From NCBI GenBank assembly GCA_020847755.1, contig JADLBK010000175.1, positions 1-61,090 of the forward strand: a stretch of 61,090 nt of DNA, read 5' to 3'. This stretch comes from Flavobacteriales bacterium (lineage in GTDB: Bacteria > Bacteroidota > Bacteroidia > Flavobacteriales_F > PHOS-HE28). The translations under genes were made by a program, and so were the position numbers. Each line of letters opens with the position of its first letter. The first letter of the stretch is position 1. The notes under the pieces are model-generated. The model was given only the letters and a program-made list of their open reading frames with translations. It was not told the origin of the DNA and did no database searches. Positions 41,884-49,137 of this stretch are shown in pieces.

Positions 41884-42764
41884 CATATGTATGGCCATAC
41901 ATACATTCTCGGCCTCGTAAACTGGTCGCAATGCCCGGTCACCAAAGGATGATCGTGGCATGGGTTTTCTCCTGGCCTGAACGGACATGACCGGGCCCGA
42001 TCCAGCCGGAAAGCCATGACTGGAAGGCGTTTCGACGCTATCGCATCTGTGGCGGACATATGTATGGCCATACATACGTCCTCGCATTTGGCCCCTCGCG
42101 CAACGCCGGGCCACCTCCGAAGATCCGGTTCCAGGAACTTTCGGGCGAGAACTGCCCTGACCTGTCCTTATCCGACCGTTAAGCCAAGCCTGGAGAGCGT
42201 TCTTCCCCCTTCACAGCATTGGAAAGCATATGTATGGCCATACATATGTCCTTGGCCACGTCAGACGGTCGCAATGCCCGGTCTCTAATGGAAGATCGTG
42301 GCATGAGCTTTCTCCTGGCCTGAACGGACATGACCGGGCCCTATCCGACCGTTAAGCCAAGCCTGGAGAGCGTTCTGCCCCCTTCACAGCATTGGAAAAC
42401 ATATGTATGGCCATACATATGTCCTTGGCCACGTCAGCCGGTCGCAATGCCCGGTCACCAAAGGATGATCGTGGCATGGGCTTTCTCCTGGCCTGAACGG
42501 ACATGACCGGGCCCGATCCGGCCGGAAAGCCATGACTGGAAAGCGTTTCACCGCTATCACATCTGTGGCGGACATCTGTATGGCCATGCATACGTCCTCG
42601 CATTTGGCCCCTCGCGCAACGCCGGGCCACCTCCGAAGATCCGGTTCCAGGAACTTTCGGGCGAGAACTGCCCTGACCTGTCCTTATCCGACCGTTAAGC
42701 CATGCTTGGAGCTCGTTCCGCCCCCATTACACCTTTGGAAAACATATGTATGGCCATACATACT
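41884..42764. repeat. phased array of six copies of the palindrome (CA)TATGTATGGCCATACATA(TG), separated by ~150-bp spacers of two alternating repeated types (A, B, A/B hybrid, A, B)
   Basis: Palindrome centres are at 41894/5, 42067/8, 42237/8, 42410/1, 42583/4 (degenerate copy) and 42753/4. The spacings are 173, 170, 173, 173 and 170 bp. The spacers are mutually ~90% identical within each type. Confidence 0.9.
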
Positions 42765-42782
42765 TCCCGGGTTCGAAGGACC

Positions 42783-45020
42783 TCACTCCAACGTCATCCG
42801 CACACCCAGAACCCCCCGCACACCCTGCAGCGGCGCGTACATGTATGAAGTATCGAAGGTGTGCCCGTGCGGATTCGTCGCCGGATCGTCCACCGTGCGG
42901 TCGAACGGATCGAAGGGCCTCATCAAGGGGTCTTCGGGCACGAAGTCGAGCAGGTTCTTCACCCCGCCGTACACCTCGAAGCGCTCGTTGAAGCGGTGTT
43001 TCACCTGCACGTTGAGCAGCATGTACCAAGGGGAGTGCGCCTGACGGTGGTCGGTGGGCTGCACGGGCAGCCGCATCGGGCCATACCACTGACCAGTGAG
43101 GTCCACCGTGAAGTGGTGCGGCAGCTTCTGGCTCAGCGCGAAGGTGCCCTGCCATGCTGGAGCGAAGAACTGGTCCTCGCGCAGAGTACCTTCCACGGTG
43201 TACACGTCCATCCAGGTGGCTCCGGCGATGGCCCGGAAGTCATGGCCGATGCGGGCCTCCACATTCAGGCTGGCACCTTGGGCGATGCCGTACCCGTGGA
43301 GGTTGCGGTACACGATGAGGTCCGGGTCGGTGTCGTAGTCAGGCAGGATCCGGTTGCTGAACTGCGTGAGAAACAGCGAGGCGTCAAGTCCGATGAAGCG
43401 CTTCTCCCCAGGCCACTTCCGCGCCACGTTGAGGGAGGCGTTCCACGAGCGCTCGGGCAGCAGGTCCTCGGCGATCACCACGCTACGGGCGCCGGTGAGC
43501 GCGGCATGCTCCTCGGTGAAGAGGTTCACCACGCGGTAGCCCGTGCCCGCATGGGCCCGAACGGTGATACGCCCATTGGGCGCGAGTTTGTACGCCACCC
43601 GGGGCGAATGCACCAGGCCGTGGTCCCGGTCATGGTCCAGCCGGTAGCCGAGGAGCACCACGCTGCGGGGCGAAAGCATCCACTCATCCTGAACGAAGAC
43701 GCCCGGCAGGGGCCTGCGCTCGGCCTTGTTCCGCCTCGCGGGTGGTTCGCCCACGGCCGTGGCCGGGGTATTGTCGTCGTAGTAGGTGTTGCGATAGGCC
43801 AGGCCGGCCAGCACATCGTGTCGGTGCGCGAAGCGGTGGCGCCAGACCAGCTGCGCGAAGAGCACGCGCTGCACCGCATCGTACGGTGTGGTGCCATACC
43901 AGCTATCCTGATGGTGGCCGTTGGCCGAGACCTGCAAGGTGACCTGTTCCCGGAGGGGGAGCTGGTACTGACCGATCAGCTCCCAGCGCCGCGTGACGAT
44001 CGTCTCCCCGTAGAGGCTGTCCCCACCGGCGAAGGCCGGTGTCCAGTCCATCTGCCCTCCCCAACGATCCTCGCCCACCAGCCGCACCGCGAGCCCGGCC
44101 ACACGCTTGTTCCGCCGCTGCACGGTAAGTTTCTGGAATACGGAGATGCGCTTCTGCAGGGTCACATCCGTGAACCCGTCCTCGTTGCGATCACGCGGGT
44201 CGTCGTACAGGTATCCGTTGATCCCGGTGAGGCTGCGTATCCTCCCCTTCCCCAGGCCGATGCCCACATCAGCGCTGTGCTCCATCCAGGTGGTGCTCAT
44301 CAGGTCGAGGCTCAGCCGCGGAGCGATCACGGGGTCCTTGGTGATCACGTTGATGATGCCGCCCATGGCCTCGCTGCCGTAGAGCGCGCTTCCGGGACCC
44401 TTCACCACCTCCACGCGTTCGATGAGGCTTGTCGGGATGCCGCTGAGACCGTACACCGTGCTGAGACCGCTGACGATGGGCATGCCATCGATGAGCACCA
44501 GTGTGTACGGCCCCTCCATGCCGTTGATGTGGATGTCGCCGGTATTGCAGACGCTGCAGTTGAGCTGGGGCCGCACCCCGTTCACCATGCCGACGGCATC
44601 CAGCAGCGCCGGGCCCGGGTTCTTGCGGAAGAGCGTGGGCGTGATCACCTCCACCGGCACCGGACTGGCATCGCGCGACACCGGCGCCAGGGTGCCCGTC
44701 ACCACCACCTCGTCCAACGCGGTGGCCGATACCACCAGGAGCAGGATGCCCAGATCAAGGGTGTCCAGAAAGTTCACCTGAAGCACGCGCTCCGATGCCT
44801 GATGGCCCATGGCCTCGATGCGCAAGCGGACGGGACCGGACGGAAGCGGCCCCACCAGAAATCGGCCATCAGCATCAGCCGCAGTTCCGAGCTCCCCCGC
44901 TCGCAGCGTCGCGAAAGGCAGCGCACCCTCCGGGCCGGCCACCGTTCCGCGTAACACCGACTGCGCCCGCATGCCGAGGGCACTGAGAAGGCATACCAGT
45001 AGAACGTTCGACCGTGGCAT
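42783..45020 (-). CDS. TonB-dependent receptor with N-terminal CarboxypepD_reg-like domain
   Basis: The signal is MPRSNVLLVCLLSALGMRAQ, followed by SVLRGTVAG.EGALPFATL (CarboxypepD_reg). The plug motifs are DEVVVTG and IERVEVVKGPGSALYGSEAMGGIINVITK. A long beta-barrel follows. Confidence 0.9.
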   Translation of the reverse strand: MPRSNVLLVCLLSALGMRAQSVLRGTVAGPEGALPFATLRAGELGTAADADGRFLVGPLPSGPVRLRIEAMGHQASERVLQVNFLDTLDLGILLLVVSATALDEVVVTGTLAPVSRDASPVPVEVITPTLFRKNPGPALLDAVGMVNGVRPQLNCSVCNTGDIHINGMEGPYTLVLIDGMPIVSGLSTVYGLSGIPTSLIERVEVVKGPGSALYGSEAMGGIINVITKDPVIAPRLSLDLMSTTWMEHSADVGIGLGKGRIRSLTGINGYLYDDPRDRNEDGFTDVTLQKRISVFQKLTVQRRNKRVAGLAVRLVGEDRWGGQMDWTPAFAGGDSLYGETIVTRRWELIGQYQLPLREQVTLQVSANGHHQDSWYGTTPYDAVQRVLFAQLVWRHRFAHRHDVLAGLAYRNTYYDDNTPATAVGEPPARRNKAERRPLPGVFVQDEWMLSPRSVVLLGYRLDHDRDHGLVHSPRVAYKLAPNGRITVRAHAGTGYRVVNLFTEEHAALTGARSVVIAEDLLPERSWNASLNVARKWPGEKRFIGLDASLFLTQFSNRILPDYDTDPDLIVYRNLHGYGIAQGASLNVEARIGHDFRAIAGATWMDVYTVEGTLREDQFFAPAWQGTFALSQKLPHHFTVDLTGQWYGPMRLPVQPTDHRQAHSPWYMLLNVQVKHRFNERFEVYGGVKNLLDFVPEDPLMRPFDPFDRTVDDPATNPHGHTFDTSYMYAPLQGVRGVLGVRMTLE

Positions 45021-45039
45021 GGCGCAAAGATGGTTCAAT

Positions 45040-45071
45040 TTAGTCTTGTCTAATATTTTGTTATACATTTG
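45040..45071 (+). promoter_or_regulatory. candidate Bacteroidota-type promoter (-33 TTG / -7 TAnnTTTG) in the AT-rich divergent intergenic region
   Basis: TACATTTG at 45064-45071 matches TAnnTTTG exactly, 10 nt before ATG 45081. A TTG lies ~20 nt upstream. TTAGTCTTGTCTAA (45040-45053) has only short inverted ends and is a weak operator candidate. Confidence 0.4.
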
Positions 45072-45080
45072 TCGCACTTC

Positions 45081-45740
45081 ATGTTCAGCCGAAGCGAAGA
45101 AGACCACATCAAGGCCGTGCATGGCCTCCTTCAGGATGCCGGGCAGGCCTTCACGAAGGACATCGCCGAGCGGCTCAACACGCGCGCCAGCAGTGTCACC
45201 GACATGCTGAAGAAGCTCGCTGCGAAGGGGCTGGTGAAGCACGCGCCCTACCACGGGGCCACCCTCACGGCGAAGGGCCGCCGGCATGCGTTGACGCTAG
45301 TGCGCAGGCACCGGTTATGGGAGACCTTCCTGGTGCAGCGACTGGGCTTCACCTGGGATGAGGTTCACGAGGTGGCCGAGCAGTTGGAGCATGTGAGCAG
45401 CGAGCCGCTGATCGAACGCCTGGACGCGTATTTGGGCCATCCACGGTTCGATCCGCACGGCGACCCCATTCCCGATCGCGACGGCCGGATGCCCGAGCGC
45501 GTCACCGTGCACCTCACCGAGGCGCTGGTGGGGGTCCGCCACCAGCTGGTGGCCGTTAAGGATGGCAGCGACGCGCTGCTTCGGCTGCTCGATGCCAAAG
45601 GGCTCACGATCGGGCGCGTCTTCACCCTCACCGCGCGCCAGGACTTCGATGGCAGCCTGCAGCTCACCTGGCGGGGTGGCGGCTGCGACCTCAGTGCGCA
45701 GGTGGCCGCGCACCTCCTCACCGTACCCGACAACGCATGA
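45081..45740 (+). CDS. DtxR/MntR-family metal-dependent transcriptional regulator
   Basis: It has a winged-HTH (..TKDIAERLNTRASSVTDMLKKLAAKGLV.), a metal-binding/dimerisation helix (..RRHRLWETFLV..LGF.WDEVHEVAEQLEH), and a C-terminal FeoA/SH3-like domain. Confidence 0.85.
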   Translation: MFSRSEEDHIKAVHGLLQDAGQAFTKDIAERLNTRASSVTDMLKKLAAKGLVKHAPYHGATLTAKGRRHALTLVRRHRLWETFLVQRLGFTWDEVHEVAEQLEHVSSEPLIERLDAYLGHPRFDPHGDPIPDRDGRMPERVTVHLTEALVGVRHQLVAVKDGSDALLRLLDAKGLTIGRVFTLTARQDFDGSLQLTWRGGGCDLSAQVAAHLLTVPDNA

Positions 45741-46558
45741 ACCAGATCATCCCGTTCTTCGAACGGATCGACCCAGTGTGGGCCGCACTGCTGGCCACCA
45801 CCTTCACCTGGCTGGTCACCGCCGCCGGAGCCGCGGTGGTCTTCCTGTTCAAGGAGCTGTCGCGCAAGTGGCTGGACGGCATGCTGGGCTTCACCGGTGG
45901 GGTGATGGTGGCTGCGAGTTTCTGGAGCCTGCTGGCGCCCAGTATCGACATGAGCGCGCGCATGGGCTTCCCCGAGTGGTTGCCACCGGCGGTGGGTTTT
46001 GCCGTGGGCGCGCTGTTCCTGTTCGCCTTGGACAAGTATGTGCCGCACCTGCACATCAACTTCGACCCCAGCCTGAAGGAAGGACCGGACACAGGGTTGC
46101 GGCGCAGCACCCTCCTCATCCTGGCCATCACGCTCCACAACATCCCCGAAGGCCTCGCCGTGGGCGTGCTGTTCGGCGGGGTGGCGGCCGGCATCCCGGA
46201 AGCCACCATCGCCGGTGCGGTCACCCTGGCCATCGGCATCGGGCTGCAGAACTTCCCGGAGGGCATCGCGGTGAGCATGCCGTTGCGACGGCTTGGCGTG
46301 AGCCGCGCGCGCAGCTTTTTCTACGGTCAGCTCAGCGCCATCGTGGAACCCGTGGCCGGCGTGGTGGGTGCGATGGCCGTGCTGTGGATGCAGCCCATCC
46401 TGCCCTTCGCCCTGGCCTTCGCCGCCGGCGCCATGATCTACGTGGTGGTGGAGGAGGTGATCCCCGAGACGCAGCAGGACAAGCACACCGACATCGCCAC
46501 GCTGGGCTTCATCGGCGGCTTCATCGTGATGATGGTGCTCGACGTGGCCCTGGGCTGA
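45737..46558 (+). CDS. ZIP-family divalent metal transporter (ZupT-like)
   Basis: It carries the ..LAITLHNIPEGLAVG.. and ..GIGLQNFPEGIAVS.. motifs and has 8 TM helices. It overlaps the regulator gene by 4 nt. Confidence 0.9.
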   Translation: MNQIIPFFERIDPVWAALLATTFTWLVTAAGAAVVFLFKELSRKWLDGMLGFTGGVMVAASFWSLLAPSIDMSARMGFPEWLPPAVGFAVGALFLFALDKYVPHLHINFDPSLKEGPDTGLRRSTLLILAITLHNIPEGLAVGVLFGGVAAGIPEATIAGAVTLAIGIGLQNFPEGIAVSMPLRRLGVSRARSFFYGQLSAIVEPVAGVVGAMAVLWMQPILPFALAFAAGAMIYVVVEEVIPETQQDKHTDIATLGFIGGFIVMMVLDVALG

Positions 46559-46566
46559 CGGCGCGA

Positions 46567-47805
46567 TCAACCCACCGCGAGGCGCCCGATGGCCTCCGCT
46601 GCCGTCGCCACGCCGTCCTCTCCGACCATGCGCATACGCAACGCGGACACCTGTTGGGAGTACGAAGGCGTATCCAGCACCTCACGGATATGCGCGGCCA
46701 GGGCGGTCACCGTGGCCGATCGACGGGGGATGGGACGCGGCGCCACCCCCAACGCATGCAGTCGGCGGGCCCACCACGGCTGGTCGAAGCCATGCGGCAC
46801 CACCACCGAGGGTGCACCGGCCCGGGCCACGGCATGGGCCGTACCGGCACCGCCGTGGTGCACCACTGCAGCACACCGCGGGAACAGCACGTCATGCGGG
46901 GCGCGATGCAGCACCAGCAGATCCCTGTGGCCGTGCACCGGTCCCAGTTCGGGACCGACCTGCACGATGGCCCGCACGCCGGCCCGCGCCACAGCACCGC
47001 GCATCAGGTCCCAGGCTTCCTTCGCGCCATAGGTCGCGCACGAGCCGAAGGTGAGGTGCACCGGTGCCGGGCCCGCCTCCAGGAACGTGCTGACCTCCTC
47101 GCTCAGCACCCGATCCTCCGGCAGCTGCTCACGCCTCCACGCTCCGGTCACCACCGTCCCGGGCGCCTTCAGGGGCGGCATCAACGCCGCACTGGCGGCC
47201 AACAGGTTCAGCGTTGGCGAGCGGAACCCCTCGGTGAGCAGGCTTCGCAGCGGCGCCAGTCCACGTTCGCGGTGCAACCGTTCGCTTACGGGGTAGAGCG
47301 CCCGGGTCATCACGGCATCGCCCAAGCGCCACAGGGCGGCATCCGCCCAGCCGCCCAACGATCGGCCGAGCGGGGGCAGCATCCCCGGAATGGCCTGCGG
47401 GGAGAAGGCCACGGAAACACGCGGAGTGCCGTGCTGCAGCGCCGCGGTGTGCAGGGTGCGGTTCAGCATGTGGCCCACCACGATGTCGTTGCCGCGGCAG
47501 AGCGCCTCACCGGCCTCCAGCAAGGCCCCGGCAATGGGCTCATGGAAGCGCGCCAACAGCGCACGGAGCTGCACGGTGGGCGACGAGGAGGCCGTCAGAG
47601 CGTACGGGTCCACGGCTCGTCCGAACGGTCCGCCCACCCGGTGCACGGTCACACCCGTTCCGGCAAGGCGCCGGGCATGGTCACCGTCGTCCACGGCCGT
47701 GTGGACAAGGGTGACCTGATGGCCTGCACCTTGAAGGCCTGCGGCCAGGGCCACGAACGGGGCCACATCGCCTTCGGTGCCCCAGGTCTGAAGGCCGATG
47801 CGCAT
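46567..47805 (-). CDS. family 1 glycosyltransferase (MGT/UDP-glycosyltransferase-like)
   Basis: It starts MRIGLQTWGTEGDVAPFVALAAGLQGAGHQVTL. The C-terminal motif is ..VVHHGGAGTAHAVARAGAPSVVVPHGFDQPWWA. Confidence 0.85.
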   Translation of the reverse strand: MRIGLQTWGTEGDVAPFVALAAGLQGAGHQVTLVHTAVDDGDHARRLAGTGVTVHRVGGPFGRAVDPYALTASSSPTVQLRALLARFHEPIAGALLEAGEALCRGNDIVVGHMLNRTLHTAALQHGTPRVSVAFSPQAIPGMLPPLGRSLGGWADAALWRLGDAVMTRALYPVSERLHRERGLAPLRSLLTEGFRSPTLNLLAASAALMPPLKAPGTVVTGAWRREQLPEDRVLSEEVSTFLEAGPAPVHLTFGSCATYGAKEAWDLMRGAVARAGVRAIVQVGPELGPVHGHRDLLVLHRAPHDVLFPRCAAVVHHGGAGTAHAVARAGAPSVVVPHGFDQPWWARRLHALGVAPRPIPRRSATVTALAAHIREVLDTPSYSQQVSALRMRMVGEDGVATAAEAIGRLAVG

Positions 47806-47809
47806 CGCC

Positions 47810-48322
47810 TCAGAGCTTGCCGTTCGCCCGATTGGTGGCGATGAAGCGGGTGATGCGGTCCTTGAGGGCCGGGTCCTTCACGTCCTTCAGCTTGCGCTCC
47901 ACCAGGGCCAGGTCCTCCGTCTTGTTGGCGTCGTAGCCCACGATCGGCGGCACGTTCACCTGGATGCTGAGGCGCAGGAACCGAAGCTCGGCGTTGGTGA
48001 GGTCGTGCGCGATCGCCTTCTCCAGCATCGACTTTCCGCCGTTGAAGTGCACCAGGCGGCTCAACGGATCGAAGGCGTGGCGGCCGCGGGCCATGCGCAC
48101 CGCACCATGGTAACCCAGGAGCAGCGCGCTGCCACTGCTGCCGGCCCGGTCGAAGCGCTCCACATAACGGTCGCAGACATCCTCATCAGCGAACACGGCG
48201 CCGATCTCCCGTCGGATGTCCTGCAACAGGCCGCCCTCCTCCTGGGCGCTCGCACGACCGGACAATGCCGGCACCGCCACGACGATCGCAACGAAGAGGC
48301 ACCGCCAGCACCACGCCTGCAT
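47810..48322 (-). CDS. hypothetical secreted protein
   Basis: It has a signal-like N-terminus (CLFVAIVVAVPALSGRASAQ) and a helical remainder. I recognise no family. Confidence 0.55.
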   Translation of the reverse strand: MQAWCWRCLFVAIVVAVPALSGRASAQEEGGLLQDIRREIGAVFADEDVCDRYVERFDRAGSSGSALLLGYHGAVRMARGRHAFDPLSRLVHFNGGKSMLEKAIAHDLTNAELRFLRLSIQVNVPPIVGYDANKTEDLALVERKLKDVKDPALKDRITRFIATNRANGKL

Positions 48323-48331
48323 GGCGCAAAG

Positions 48332-49108
48332 CTACCGCCGTCGGAGGGCTGCGTTGAGCAGAGTGCGCATCACCGTGTCGTCCAGCGGGTCCAGGTAGCG
48401 GGCGCCGGTGCTGCGGCCCTGTGCGTCGAAGCGCACCCAGGCCATGCGGGCATCCCTGCGGATCAGCTCCAGATGGAACGGCCGCTCGGTGTACTGTTCG
48501 ATGAACAGGAACCGCGATCGCGGATGACGCGCCACCAGGCGGTCCATCACCCCTTGGAAATGCGCCGGGGCCTGCCGCTCCGGCAGCCGGAAGGCCGGTC
48601 GGAAGCCACCCGCAAGCCGGCGGCGCTTGTCCTGTTCGTTCACCACGGTGGTGACGAACAGGATGGGCGCGTCCGTGGCCAGCAGGGCGTTGAAGCGTTC
48701 CACACAACGCACGTAATAGGCGTGATGGCGGGCGAAGGTGCGCGGATCGCGATGGCCGAACAGGCTGCGGTGGTAGTCGCGGTGGCCCCCGTCCGTCCAC
48801 AAGGCGATCATGCGGCTCCGGTCCAGGAAGGTGCGGAAGCCGTCGTCGAGAACGTGCTCGATGAGCGCCGGGCTCACGGCCAGCCAGTCGAACGGATAGG
48901 ACGCCTGCTTGGCCCCCACGGCCTTGATGGTCCAGGCCGTGGAACAGTTCTGTCCCAGGGACACCACCGCCGCGGGCTCCTCCACCGCCCATGTGAACAG
49001 CTGCTCCTGAAGGGCCGCCGTGGCGGCGTTCACGGCCGCCACGTCCGCAGGAGTGCGCCGCACCCGCCCCCGCCCGAGCCGCAGCAGGGCATGCGCCAGG
49101 TCGTCCAT
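48332..49108 (-). CDS. DUF1796-like protein (putative papain-like cysteine peptidase fold)
   Basis: ..VVSLGQNCSTAWTIKAVGAKQASYPFDWL.. resembles the DUF1796 N-terminal signature. The start is at the internal ATG 49108, just downstream of the preceding gene's stop. Confidence 0.55.
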   Translation of the reverse strand: MDDLAHALLRLGRGRVRRTPADVAAVNAATAALQEQLFTWAVEEPAAVVSLGQNCSTAWTIKAVGAKQASYPFDWLAVSPALIEHVLDDGFRTFLDRSRMIALWTDGGHRDYHRSLFGHRDPRTFARHHAYYVRCVERFNALLATDAPILFVTTVVNEQDKRRRLAGGFRPAFRLPERQAPAHFQGVMDRLVARHPRSRFLFIEQYTERPFHLELIRRDARMAWVRFDAQGRSTGARYLDPLDDTVMRTLLNAALRRR

Positions 49109-49137
49109 CCACGCCTTCACACCGCGATGATAGCCGA

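Noticed and set aside
41824-42114. N-terminal extension of pyrD (ORF 40786-42114 is open for 97 extra codons)
   Set aside because: The extension lies in the repeat array and has an Arg/Cys/His-rich, non-protein-like composition. The canonical class 2 PyrD N-terminus ([16 protein letters not shown]) starts at ATG 41823.
42180-42476. 41-codon ORFs on the minus strand inside the repeat units (MPRSS(F/I)(G/R)DRALRP.DVAKDICMAIHM.SNAVKG.ERSPGLA*), each preceded by AGGAGA
   Set aside because: Comparing the two most similar copies by hand gives 5 amino-acid-changing codon differences against 1 synonymous difference. That shows no sign of purifying selection. The ORF reads straight through the palindrome, so it is most likely a by-product of the repeat.
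41884-42764. CRISPR array (regularly spaced short palindromic repeats)
   Set aside because: The spacers are ~150 bp, far longer than CRISPR spacers. They are themselves repeated: two types, each present 2-3 times at ~90% identity. The repeat is a perfect palindrome of only 18-22 bp, and no cas genes are in the window.
45040-45053. DtxR/MntR operator TTAGTCTTGTCTAA
   Set aside because: Only the outer 4 nt are truly inverted (TTAG...CTAA), and it does not match DtxR/IdeR or MntR consensus boxes well. It is kept only as a weak candidate within the promoter feature.
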